The notes: generated by a model not told the origin, from the sequence alone. A stretch of 62,826 bases of DNA, filler included, from Perkinsus olseni (GCA_013115125.1; 10 parts of 10 records of this genome joined end to end with filler, not necessarily neighbours in it); one strand, 5' to 3'. Shown: positions 46,861-58,300, numbered from the whole stretch's first letter. Translations and numbers: made by a program.

Positions 46861-49800
46861 GGGGGGTCATCAAGGTTAATGGCTTCGGGTACTCTAAAGG
46901 TGGGAGAGAACTCGTCACAGTCGTCACCAGTGCGCCAGCCATATCCAAGATACTTAGTGTCAGTGATTGGACCCCAGCTTGTACTGCGCTTAGGTAGGTT
47001 AGAGTGGAAGCCGTGACCAGATTGAGTGCCAGTGAAGGCGTTGGCCCTTCTCAAGGCGATCTCCTTCGTCTTCCCTCGAGTCTGACCGTCGTCCACATAG
47101 ATGGCAGTATGACGTTGAAGAGGGTCATGACAAGTGGTGACTGACGTCTTTGCCGTGATGGGAGAGTCCTTGCTGGCGAGTGGCATGGACCACAACTTCA
47201 TATTTTCCTCGAACTGAGAAATGAGGCTGTGGCAGACCGGGTCGGAGAGGACATCATCTCGAGAAGTGTGGCCGGACTCGAAATCTCTTAGAGTGATGAC
47301 GGCTCTGTTGGCTTGAAGCAGGGCTGATGGAGAGTATGTGGCACCGAAACAGGTAGAGACCCACATCCCAACTCGGCCGCATGCCACCATTCCAAAGTGG
47401 CGCCGATCAGTGGCGTCGTCTAGCTTGATTTGGTGGTAGGCTTTGGAGATGTCGTCGACCACTAGGGCGGGGGCGGTGCGACTCAGAGCCAAGTTACCCC
47501 ACAAAGTCTCGGGGTAGGTGGAGTCGTCCGCTTGTCGCCCGACCCTGAGGAAGCCGTTGTGGTATTTGCAGTCTAATACTAACCTGGTCTTCGACGTCTT
47601 CGAGCATTCCCTGAATACCGGGAAAGCTGGTATCAGTGTCGTGACCGAGGGAAGGGTGGGCTGGGCGTAGGCTGTGGTCGAAGGGTGGTCGGGGTTGTCG
47701 TTGGCGTTGGCGTTAGCATCGATGCGAGCAGGAACAACGAAGCCGAGAGAGTAGAGGTCGTTCACGACTTGATGGTAGCTTGAAGCCTCGGCGCTGTTGA
47801 GTCTGGCCATGACAGTAAAATCCCTCTTGATGGCAGCACCATTGTTGATGGGGGATGGCCTCGAGTCATCACGCCACGGGACCTTGCAGTGCAACCTGCC
47901 GCGAGGGGCTGTCTCTGAGGGGGGGTCGATGGAGAAGTCGAAGAGGTCATCTTCAGGCTTTGGAGAGTCCTCGCGGCTGGTGAACTGTACCCGAAAGGCG
48001 TCGATGGTTTGAGACCGGGTGAGACCCTTGATAATGCCGGTGTCTTCTTCCCGTGGTTCAGGAAAGAAGGATAGAGCCAGTGTTTCCCAAACATCGGCAG
48101 GGAGAGAAATGGTGTTGGGGTGAGTGTCGTCGTCATTAGTGCTGGCAACTGTGACCTCGCCGACCTTCGTCTGAGGAGCCATGATGTTGCAGAGCTCCGC
48201 GACAGCGCTATAGTGTATCGGTGACCTTGATGGATCGGCAAAAGGCTTGGGTACGCTCATCATTGGGATCGGCGGGCCACTCTGATTGTCGCCGAAGGTG
48301 ATGTAGTTGTCGTGTAGGTGCCAGATGGCCTTCAGCCGGCGAAGGAGTCCCACTGATAGTATCAGTCGATGAGCGCATCCGTCAAGCACGTAGAGATCTT
48401 CGGTGCAGTGGAAGCCATTGGAGAAGGATATAGGGACAGCCTTCGCCACACCACGAACAGTGGTCTCGGAGAGGTCGGCCAAGCGGATGCGAAGGTCGGC
48501 TTTGATGATGGTGAGGTTGAGAGATGCTGCTGCGCAGCTGCTGACCACGGATACAGCTGCTCCAGAGTCGACAAGGGCCGGTATGTGGTTGACGGAGTGA
48601 TTGATGTGAAGATTGATGAAACTGAGTGGTGGAGTATCAGTGGCCGGTGACGATCTCGACGAGGGGGTGGCTGATACTGCGGCGGCGACAGGTGCGGCGC
48701 AGGGTCGAAAACGACGACATGCTCGAGCAGCATGGTTCGCTTTGCCGCAACGCTCGCAGTTGCGACCGCGGTAGTTGTCGTGACCAGCAGGGCAGTGCAA
48801 TGAGTGGTGGTGGAGTAGGCCGCAGTAGTAGCATCTCTCATCTTTCCTTGTGAGATCCTCACAACACGCTATGGAGTCATGGGACTCGGAAAGACATCGT
48901 TGACACCGACTGGAGAGTATCTTGACATTGTATTCGTTGTTGAGGATGGCCGCGTCGTCTCTCACTCTCTGTCGGTATGGCGTTGATGGCCTGGTGGGGC
49001 GGGTCTTCTTGTCGCTCTTCTGTTGAGATCCTTCAGTCGTAGTAGTGGATGATGTAGCGGTTGCTTGTGGGGTGGAGAGCGCCGGGGATGGCGAGGTCGA
49101 CAATGCAACGTTGTTGACGGCAGCTGTGTCACTGGTAGGAGGAGAGGATTGCCAGTTCAGTTCACACCAGCCGGCACAGGTAGCCACGAGACCGTCATAG
49201 TTCATCCGCTTCTCCCCCACGTTGTAGCCGAGCTGGACGCAGTGAGATTGGAGGGCCTTGGGAAGAGACAGGTAGAGATGAACACGGACTTCTGCTTGAG
49301 TAAGGGCTTCGACTCCTCTGGCTTGAGCAAGCTGAGATGCCACGACCTCGAAACGGGTGATGTAGTCGTCCCAGTGGATGTCTGGAGTCAGCTTCAACTC
49401 TCGCCAGCGGCACTCCAGGGAGTCTAAGTTGTGCTTGTCGAAGCAGGCAGAAAGATGAGACCATTGGCGCTGAGTAGCTTCCTTCCAGTAGGCAGAGTGT
49501 GGATCTTGGGCAAGTTCCTCGAGCTGGCCATAGTCTTGCTTGACCTCCCACAAGTCTAGCCTTTGCACGATGAAAGGGGCGTAAGCTTGCCTCGTCAAGA
49601 AGTACTGGGTGCAAGGCGGGGACCATTTGTAGGACATGCTAGTCGTCACCAGCTGTCGACTCTCAGCGAAGGTTCTCTTGCTGGAGTCGCGCGAGCCACA
49701 CCATAGCGTCTTGCCAGGAAGAAGGCTGCCAATAGTTTGGGCTTGAGTGATGCAGTCTTGTACCGAAGGCCTTCGAGACACGACATTGATGGCTTGCTCA

Positions 49801-50327
49801 TGATGTCGATGGTTACCATGATTGATGGGTATGCTGTTGCCATTGCCGTGAGATCTCGTCGGAGAATGTGGTATAGGCTGTATCGCTCCAGAGGTGCGAA
49901 AGGAATGCACTCGGGGAGACTCAATAAGCTCTTCGTCGCCGTGCCTGCCCGTGTTGACTTCAGACGGGGAAGGAAGGCGGATCGATAGCTCTCGAGTAGT
50001 CCTCGCAGCAGGGTTGACAGAGAAAAATTCTCCCGAAGTAGGAGAACGATGAATGAAACTTGAGCCTTTCGGGGCGTTGACGGCGGGGTTGACCGTACAG
50101 GGTTCTCCAGGAGGGGAGAGAGGGTAAACCGAAGGTGGGCCTCTGACGTTATTGTTGTCGGCGGCGTTGATAGGATAGGTTTCTCCCGAAGGAGGGAAAT
50201 GATGGATGGCAGGTGGACCTCTGGTGTCGTTGGCAGCGGAGTTGACCGGATGGGCTTCTCCCGAAGGAGGGAGAGGATGGACAGAAGGTAAGCCTCTGGG
50301 GTCGTTGACAGCGGGGTTGACCGGATA
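46773..50327 (-). CDS. Gag (Pro-rich repeats, three CCHC) - protease - RT; open to the scaffold end
   Basis: The frame is open upstream of the annotated GTG at 49910. Knuckles CQRCLSESHDSIAC, CYYCGLLHHHSLHC and CERCGKANHAARAC; protease ALVDSGA; RT KTSKTRLVLD, DDISKAYHQI, CFGATYSP and YVDD. Confidence 0.88.
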   Translation of the reverse strand, partial: YPVNPAVNDPRGLPSVHPLPPSGEAHPVNSAANDTRGPPAIHHFPPSGETYPINAADNNNVRGPPSVYPLSPPGEPCTVNPAVNAPKGSSFIHRSPTSGEFFSVNPAARTTRELSIRLPSPSEVNTGRHGDEELIESPRVHSFRTSGAIQPIPHSPTRSHGNGNSIPINHGNHRHHEQAINVVSRRPSVQDCITQAQTIGSLLPGKTLWCGSRDSSKRTFAESRQLVTTSMSYKWSPPCTQYFLTRQAYAPFIVQRLDLWEVKQDYGQLEELAQDPHSAYWKEATQRQWSHLSACFDKHNLDSLECRWRELKLTPDIHWDDYITRFEVVASQLAQARGVEALTQAEVRVHLYLSLPKALQSHCVQLGYNVGEKRMNYDGLVATCAGWCELNWQSSPPTSDTAAVNNVALSTSPSPALSTPQATATSSTTTTEGSQQKSDKKTRPTRPSTPYRQRVRDDAAILNNEYNVKILSSRCQRCLSESHDSIACCEDLTRKDERCYYCGLLHHHSLHCPAGHDNYRGRNCERCGKANHAARACRRFRPCAAPVAAAVSATPSSRSSPATDTPPLSFINLHINHSVNHIPALVDSGAAVSVVSSCAAASLNLTIIKADLRIRLADLSETTVRGVAKAVPISFSNGFHCTEDLYVLDGCAHRLILSVGLLRRLKAIWHLHDNYITFGDNQSGPPIPMMSVPKPFADPSRSPIHYSAVAELCNIMAPQTKVGEVTVASTNDDDTHPNTISLPADVWETLALSFFPEPREEDTGIIKGLTRSQTIDAFRVQFTSREDSPKPEDDLFDFSIDPPSETAPRGRLHCKVPWRDDSRPSPINNGAAIKRDFTVMARLNSAEASSYHQVVNDLYSLGFVVPARIDANANANDNPDHPSTTAYAQPTLPSVTTLIPAFPVFRECSKTSKTRLVLDCKYHNGFLRVGRQADDSTYPETLWGNLALSRTAPALVVDDISKAYHQIKLDDATDRRHFGMVACGRVGMWVSTCFGATYSPSALLQANRAVITLRDFESGHTSRDDVLSDPVCHSLISQFEENMKLWSMPLASKDSPITAKTSVTTCHDPLQRHTAIYVDDGQTRGKTKEIALRRANAFTGTQSGHGFHSNLPKRSTSWGPITDTKYLGYGWRTGDDCDEFSPTFRVPEAINLDDPPRASPVVNSSACAKDCMILSVWPRSSLSA

Positions 50328-51359
50328 AGNNNNNNNNNNNNNNNNNNNNNNNNNNNNNNNNNNNNNNNNNNNNTTAATTAATTAANNNNNNNNNNNNNNN
50401 NNNNNNNNNNNNNNNNNNNNNNNNNNNNNGTCGTGCCAGATGATATGGTACTGCTGGGGATGAGAATGTCTTGAGTGTTTAACTATCAGGCCGCGAGTGA
50501 TGATGAAATAATTTCAAGGACCTTATTATAAAGTCCTTATATCTTCGTGTCTGAAGGCCTTACTGAGACCGTCCTAGAGTAAGTCTCATAGATATTATAA
50601 TATGAGGGATTAGCCAGTGGTTTCGCGCCATACATTTTCTTCGATTTCAGGAATAAGAGTGGCGAGGCGGTCCGACGAATACCGATGCTCTGTCTACAAT
50701 GTAGACAGAGCAATGTGGAGTCCACATTGTGGACTCTACATCCAATAATCGAACGGGGAATCTGTGACAGATTATCTGTCGAGCTCCGAGGGCGAAGCCA
50801 GGAAGCCGTTGGGATCTGAGCCTCAGTTAAGTCCAGAGATGAGCTTGCGACGCGAGTTTTGTGCTCGGTCCATAATCGGTCCATTGGCGACGACAATACG
50901 CCTATGTTCAAGGACCTTGAACATAGGCGTATTGTCGTCGCCAAAGGTCGACCTTGAATCAAGGTCCGTAACAGCAGAGCTCCTAGAAAGAATAAGCCAT
51001 CTACCGACGGCTACTGCAACTATATCTGTTGCCAGCACGTTGCGTGCGGGGTACAACTTCAGGCAATTTTGGACTGTTCTATTGAACAAACTCGGGTCAG
51101 AATTTACAGAAATCGTGAGTTACACAGTGTACACAGCAACGTGAGAGTGTAACTTACACTCTCACGTTGCTCGCCAAACAGCCGTCGAGGAGTCGCCGAC
51201 TGATGAAGGTGCCGCTGGCGGTAAGAAGTACGTCAAGGTCCCGGCTCACCTGGACCTGGCTATGGAGCAGGCTAGTGTTCTACTAGTTGGAAAAACCTAC
51301 GAGGTAGTTCGAACTCATCACACCGAAAGTGCTCGTTACCACTAAGATGCAAAAAAGTG

Positions 51360-51560
51360 AAGGTGTTGCAAAAGTAGAGGTGTTGACAAAGTACGTGTGT
51401 TGCCAAAGTACAGAAGTTGACAAAGTCCACCATGTTGCCCAAATTCCAACGTCCACAAAACTCATATGTTATGTAAGTTCGACAAGTACTCTTGTTGCAG
51501 ATGTTAACGAGTTTGCTATGCAAATGTGTTGGATTCGTCGCCCTGTTGTCAAAGTACCTA
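51360..51560. repeat. Degenerate short-period repeat (TGTTG[A/C]CAAAGTAC-like), possibly transposon subterminal repeats
   Basis: tgttgcaaaagtag, tgttgacaaagtac, tgttgccaaagtac, agttgacaaagtcc and tgttgtcaaagtac; the first four are spaced about 18 bp apart. Confidence 0.5.
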
Positions 51561-51788
51561 TGTGATAATTTGATCCTGGTGAAATCCAACCACTGTTGTA
51601 AAAGCTAATGCATGCGTTGATGAAGTTCACGGAGCAGTTGGAAAAGAATGCCACGTTGTAGAACAACGCGTTGCTAAATGTCACGTTGCCGAAGTAAATA
51701 TTCCCGTTGGGAATGTCGTTGTTGCCGTTGCCATTTCACCAGAGTTGTTATTGTTGGTGTTGTCGAAGTTCACTCACCCAATCGTCAG

Positions 51789-53028
51789 AGGCAAGAAGGA
51801 CGTGTTGGAGGAGATGGCATACCGATTCTGTCGGGACCAGGCGCAGGAGAACATCATCTACACAGAAGTGAGGTAGTCCTCGACTCGCCAACTTCAAGCA
51901 CGCCTCCATTGAGCCATGGCCGATCACCACCCATCGAGGGTCTGCAGCACTTGACCGTGGTCAGGTACAATCCTCATATATTGGGCAAGGAGAAATCTTC
52001 ACTTCCGACTCCGCGGAGCGTTTTAGTGGCCGTCAGTAGGCATTCAGGGAGTGTTTCTTGGCGGTTCAGCTTCTTCCCATCGGGAGGGTCATGAACATGC
52101 GAATTGGATCGCACTTGTCGTTCTTAGCGGCCGGCTTGAGACGAGGCATGGAGGAGTTTGGGATCGATGTGAAGCAGATATTGTGCTGTATGAACAGGAA
52201 TCCCGAGATGAGCGCGGACATCGCTGACCTCGCTATAGAGTAGCAATGCCTTCTCTCGTCCGCGGGCAGGCACCTCCTTTTATGTCGTTGGAACTCGCTC
52301 TAGGTTTACAGCATCGGGAGTCGTAGGAGTCGATGTAGCCTCGGGTGAGCTCCACTTCGAGAAGGCCGATGTCAGAGCAGCTCACATAGAGGCCTGTAGT
52401 TTCCGACCGTGGGGGGTGGAAGTTCCACCGTGGAACAAGTACCTCAGCCTGAGTGAGCTGCTCAGGTCGTCGGGCAAAGTGCGCTGGTCTCCATGTGACG
52501 ATTCACGCGGCTGAGGATGGTCCAGGAGAGAACTTCAGCTGTGCCGTGACGAAGTACTCAATAATACACAAACCCCGGTTGACTCTTCCGCTCACCAGAT
52601 ACTTTGCCGAGAGGATCGGTCATGGATACCGAATTCACGACCCTGCGCTGGTCGACAGCGAACTTTATCAACGTGCCAAAGCCACTGGGGCCCACATCGA
52701 GGCCTGCCCTACTTCTAGTATCTGTACCGAGGCTCTCTGTCTACCCCAAGTGCATCCGGAGATGCCGATCCTCGATAGCTTGGATTGGAGTCAGCATCCT
52801 ATTAAGAAGTTTATTGAGGATGGCCTTAGTGTTAGCATCAGCACCGATGGAGGCCCGGTATTCTCTACTGACCTGTCCAGTGAGATGTCCATTCTAGTTA
52901 ATCGCTTCAACTTCGACGGCAGGAAGGTTGGCAGAATGGTGACGATGGCGGCGATAGGCTGCTGCTGGGCTGACGATGTGGCCAAAAACCGGTATCAGGA
53001 ATTTGTATCTGCTTACTATGCCTCTTGA
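51789..53028 (+). CDS. Adenosine deaminase family protein; multi-exon, 5' exons not found
   Basis: Exon peptides ENIIYTEVR-YNPHIL, DVKQILCCM, GVVGVDVASGE, VTIHAAEDG, AERIGHG, IEACPTSS, HPIKKF and ISTDG. Confidence 0.85.
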
Positions 53029-53220
53029 GTCGCGCGTTTCTGCACTAGATATTTTTAGAATTTCGTTCAGCGGAGTTTTGAGGGACTCCTCGAGCTATAC
53101 TGATCAGTACTTGGTGATGACCAATAACATCCTCTCGGCGCTGGAAATGTCCCGACAGATCCGAACAGCACTGCGAAGATCCCCAAGGTGAATTAGAACG
53201 TGCCCCTCGAGCATGCCATA

Positions 53221-53488
53221 TAATGCACGCCTGTTAAATTAACAGTGTTAATAATGCACGCCTGTTAAATTAACAGTGTTAATAATGCACGCCTGTTAAA
53301 TTAACAGTGTTAATAATGCACGCCNNNNNNNNNNNNNNNNNNNNNNNNNNNNNNNNNNNNNNNNNNNNNNNNNNNNNNNNNNNNNNNNNNNNNNNNNNNN
53401 NNNNNNNNNNNNNNNNNNNNNNCCTGTTCAACTAACAGTGCTAATAATGCACGCCTGTTAAACTAACAGTGTCAATAATGCACGCCTG
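53221..53488. repeat. 31-bp minisatellite with an internal palindrome, spanning a gap
   Basis: Unit TAATGCACGCCTGTTAAATTAACAGTGTTAA, head-to-tail with no spacers; N gap at 53325-53422. Confidence 0.92.
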
Positions 53489-54530
53489 TGGCCTGAGTCT
53501 TCGTGATATTGATTATATTGGGATATCAAACGTTCAGTGTCGTCTGCACGGGAGTGAGGCTGAGCTCTACTCACTGAAGGTCCTGGAGGGCTCACGTAGA
53601 AGAAGATTCGAGCACCAGATCGACGCCGCAACAACTCGATATAAAATGCCTGTGAGAGGAATCAGTTTCGAGTGGTCCCAGTAAAGACGATCCTTTCTCT
53701 TCGCTCGAGGAGGAGGAGGAACCGTCCTTACCGAGGATGCCGAGCAGATGTCCCCGCCGGCAGAAGTCCAGCTTGCAGAGTAGCTCGGACCGAACTGATG
53801 CGCGGGCAGTTGATATACCCAGGACCGGTCCTAGGATCGATCCTGTGATCCTCTGAACGCATTCAGGATCGATCCAGGAATTGGTTCTACAACTGCTCCC
53901 AGGATCGGTTGACTGAACAGCCGGTGGTTGTCGAAACCAATCCGAGCGAACCCTGCCGCAGAGCAAGCAAGGGTGGATCGTTGTCCGGTAGGACAACGGA
54001 GACATCGGATGGTAGCCTTAACGTCCGGCCACCACCGAGTACGTACAGAATATAAGGGAGCGCACCCCAAGATACGCAGGTGCCGTCGTTTTACCAGGCG
54101 CGCGAGAACACACGTTCGTTCTCGTATGCGCTAACGAGCACAACGCCTACAACTGCGGATGACGTTGAGTAAAACGGAAAGGGGTATCTGACGGCGCGGA
54201 TCACACGTCTCCGCAGGGACGCAGCCGTCTTCCTCCGAATGTAAATGAGTCAACTCAACTCAAGTAGCCGAAGGCAGAAACAGAGACTGATACTAGCGCT
54301 AGCTGTGCAGCTGGTGTCCCAACGCTGCACTTTTGTGTCGAATGTCCCCACACGGCCGGCTTCACCGACGGTATGTGACTTGTCCACCGTAGTTCCAAGC
54401 CTCCAGAAGACCCTTGGCAAGGGTCCCTTGCACACGCGTGCAATGCACACGCAAGCGTGAGAGGATGTGCATGCCATTAGTTTTTGGTGTCTGAGATCTT
54501 CGAGTAGGGATGTTTCTTCACTCTATCAAA

Positions 54531-55330
54531 ATGAGCTTCCTTCCGGCTTGGTTGATGGTCGCTCAAGTTCTGATGCATGGCATGGCTCTGCAAGCTGGCC
54601 ATTTCGTCCATCATGAACCCTCGGGAGCATTCATAGCTTCCTATCATCTGCACCAGAACGGCGATCTTTCACTCAACTTTGAGGTGCCCCACGGCGCGCG
54701 CTTCTTCGGTGTTCGCCCTCTACGCCTGAGCTGAGATCCCCACACTTACACCATCGAGTTCACTGCAGAATCGAGAGGAGTTGACGCGATGTATGACGGT
54801 ATCCGGGAACTCTACCGGGATGCCGATATTCAACCTGGCGACTTGACGACGCTCATCTAAGACTCCGCAAGGCCTGATATCCTCTATGCTACTTTTGAGG
54901 GTCGGAAACTTCACTTTGAAAGGTGGATCTTCCCTCGTCCCGGTGAGTTTGAGAGCAGCCAGACCGGTGAATTATCCTGGACTCCAGGACCTGGAGGTAT
55001 CGCATCCATCCGAATCGTCGGGTTTACATAACCCTCTCGTGTCCAAATGCTACACGACGGGGTGGCCCGGGCTCCCTCACCTCAACATTGCGTCTTCAGA
55101 ATGGCTCCTTTGAAGATTCTACGGCGGACTTGATTGAGGTTGTAGATTTGCCACCATCTGAGCGTCATGGCAGATTAGATTTCGAGGGTCTCCGTCAAGC
55201 CCACGATGAGACCTGCGAGCATTCGTCGCGGTACGATGTCGATTTTAAGGCCCTCATGCCCCTTAGCCCCTATATCATCCACTTGGCGGGCAGTGATGGT
55301 AGCTCCCTCCCACTCACTAGGACCTCCGGT
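54531..55330 (+). pseudogene. Secreted-protein family pseudogene
   Basis: Signal peptide MSFLPAWLMVAQVLMHGMALQ. The frame continues LRLS*DPHTYTIEF...QPGDLTTLI*DSARPDILYATFEGRKLHFER through two in-frame stops, then degrades. Confidence 0.6.
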
Positions 55331-58300
55331 ATATTGGGCGCTGTTGTATGTTATATGGTCGCATTAATCTTGCCTGTTCGTGAAGGCACGCATTGGCTTA
55401 GGTCCCAGGAGCGTTCTGATGGTGATACTAACGACTGATGCCATCAGTCTGATGGTTCGGTCTGTATATCACCTAGCTACCAGGGCGCGGAGGGTGGCTA
55501 GGATATACCATTTGTTATCGAGTTAGTCTGGAGTTCATAGTCATCATTCTTTCCTTCGTTTACGTTTATGCTAACGCTCGTTCAAAACTGCCCATTACCA
55601 ATATGCGCTTTCTTGTGATTGATAGCCGCGCATGTGTCATCTGCTCTCTCGTTTTGGGGGGATTGGTGACGTTACTTCGAAAGAAGAGGTGCGGGTGCTC
55701 TGCCAAGGCTCCTTGTCTCTCCTACATTCGTCTGCGGCCTGCTACTCCTTGCTACTGCCAAGTCGCCTCTATTCCAATTTGAAATTTTCAAATCGCGTCA
55801 TCCTGGGATCGCGTTGAGGAGGGCTCGACGGACCTCTTCATGAGAGGCTCTCACGCGTCGTGTTGTGACAGAGACTGAAGAACGTTCAGCATCATGGAAT
55901 ATCCAGCAGACGAAGGATCAAATCCTCAACGCTCTTGTGCCACGACTCGGGCTGACTAGCGAATGGCCTTCGCTCGAAGTCACTTCTTCACTGTGAAGAA
56001 AATTCTCTCCGTTCTCGAGTCTTTCCCCGTTCACGTTCGACCTCTCCGAACTTCAGTAGGAACACACTGGTGGTGTGACACGGGTGGTGAGGACCTGATG
56101 GATCTGTTTCTCATTGCCCTCTGTTGATGGGGCACGGCTCCTCACGGTATCGTCCTCGCTGTGAATTAGTGGGCAATAGATTCCTGAGTTGTGAAAGAGT
56201 TGGTATCGGGGGTCATCCGGTCAGCGGATTCCCGTGTGTACTGCCGTACTGGTAGTGCCTGGTGCGTATAGCGAGCCACTACAGCTGAAAAATGGGCTTC
56301 AAGTGGTTTCATCCAGCTGCCTGGGAGACTATCTGCATTCCAATGAGAGCGCCGAATCCCCTCCACTCGTCGCCAAGGGTCATGTCGTCCACCAAGGGAC
56401 TTCGCTTCCGCACCATGGATCACGTAAGTTGCCACTGGGGGGGGGGGGGGGGGGGGGGGGGGTTTGCCCCGGGGGGGGGGGCGGCGGGGGCCGCTTTTTG
56501 GGTTTGCCCAACGCCCCCCCCTGAAACCCCCCCCCGCCCCCCCCCCCCAACCCCCGGGACATGCGCCCGAACCCCCCCCCCNNNNNNNNNNNNNNNNNNN
56601 NNNNNNNNNNNNNNNNNNNNNNNNNTTAATTAATTAANNNNNNNNNNNNNNNNNNNNNNNNNNNNNNNNNNNNNNNNNNNNAGTATCACTCTCATTTCCT
56701 AATGGTTAACTCCGTAGTCAATGACGCCCTTGAGTTAGCACTGGGAAGACTCGATCTTGAGCCAAGAGACACCACACAACACTTCAACTCGTAGAAACAC
56801 TATTCCGCAGGCATGGGGGAGCCTGAAGGATGCGGACACACGATTCGGTTGATCGTGTCGTATATCCTATCAGACTCGACATCTTCTCCACTCAGCTGGG
56901 CCACCGTAGCCCCCTGCTGACGGAACTCGATAAGAGGCACACCTTCAACGGCCGTCCGCCAAGGCACAGCGCCGGCAGTACTGACAACGAGAGGGATGCT
57001 CGGACAGAGTTAGTGAAGAGATGGTACTCACCTGAGCGTGCTGGGCAAGATGTCCTGCGAGACTTGAGCGTCCCCGATGTCACGAGCTTCCTCGAAGTAA
57101 GAGTGGTAAATCTGAAGGATCGGCAAGAGCTGCTATGAGCTCACGACTAGATGTCGATACCTTGCTGAGTAAACTGACCATCTCCTCTACTGACAGGCTG
57201 GCCTGCTGATGTAGTACGGCTCTGTGAGCTAGTGATGAGTCGGTGACCCGCCGTTGCCACGATAGATTGAGGCCTGCCGACCAAGCTGTATCAAAGACGA
57301 CTGCAGCGGACAGCGTGCAGCAGATATCGATTATCCGAAGGCGACATAAACCATTGCTACACAAAGGCCCTTCTAATGCCACCGACGCCCGTCCGAGTGT
57401 TGAGCGAAGCGTCAGAGCTCTAAATGGGTGGGACAGACGTATGACAGGTGAACTTACCGAGGTCCTGCGCTGCGGCAAGGCTTGCGTTGTGGCTGGGATC
57501 TTGTAAAAAGCTTCGGTCGACTCCGTAGGCCTCGGACAGGTAGTCCAACACCTACAATGACTCCTCACAGACGACTCTAGTCAGACACACAGCACGAGTT
57601 GCCCTTTTGGCGGCGTTTTCATTGGCTGCTCATAGACACTGTAAGGCTCGTGGAACAGCTGTAGCTGAGGAGGGCTCGAGGAGGAGCTCTTCACTTTGTC
57701 GAGTGCTCGGGTAAGTTGGACGTGGCCAACTGAAAGCGCTGGTACGTTTGCAGTGGTCGGAGCAGGAGCCTACTGTAGCACCACGGGCACACGAAGTCCG
57801 ATACCATTGAGATGACTAGTTGCCTTGATGAGCTCATAGGTGTTGAGGAAAACTACGGAGAAGTCTCACAATGGCCAACATAACAATTGAATGGAATATG
57901 GTGAACTCAGTAGAAAATCGTCAGTGTACGATGATGAGGTTTGATGTCGTCTTTGATGGCCTCGCCTTCTTGCCACAACAACCAGTCCAAAGTCACGTCG
58001 AAGATGTCACTCCGCTTCGTGGCCTCCGCTATACGATGGCATGCATGGATCGTACCTGGGCGACGGTTGCACACGGCTGCTGCAGTCTGGTCACAGTAGT
58101 AGGCTCTGCACGAGCCAGTAGCGGGAAATGAGCATTCCCGAAGTCCTACAGGCTCTGATCTCAAGCTCCGTTCTACTCCCCGCAGCTATCGGCTCTCTCG
58201 AGTCTACTATCTCACAGAGTGCCGGACTGTAGACGAGAATGCCTTTATGTCGTAGCAACTGAGGGACCTGAAAATTAGCACAGCACAGCAATGGCACGAC

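Larger units (their letters stand above)
44170..50329 (-). mobile_element. LTR retrotransposon with BEL/Pao-type pol, truncated at both scaffold ends
   Basis: A single polyprotein is split by one frameshift. The probable 3' LTR starts TGTG at 44253 after CCCCGGGAG. Confidence 0.88.

Noticed and set aside
50537-51144. Two opposite-strand ORFs sharing the peptide PLATTIRLCSR.LNIGVLSSP
   Set aside because: The shared peptide is a direct consequence of the 61-bp palindrome, not a gene pair.
53221-53488. CRISPR-like 31-bp palindromic repeat
   Set aside because: The units are head-to-tail with no spacers, there are no cas genes, and the context is eukaryotic.
54531-54900. Stop-codon readthrough or an alternative genetic code in the secreted-protein gene
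   Set aside because: There are two different stops (TGA and TAA) plus downstream decay, while other genes use the standard code; a pseudogene is the simpler explanation.
56438-56581. G/C-rich G-quadruplex or Gly/Pro-rich ORF
   Set aside because: Poly-G/poly-C at a scaffold end is typical low-quality sequence; the same applies to about 62690-62826.
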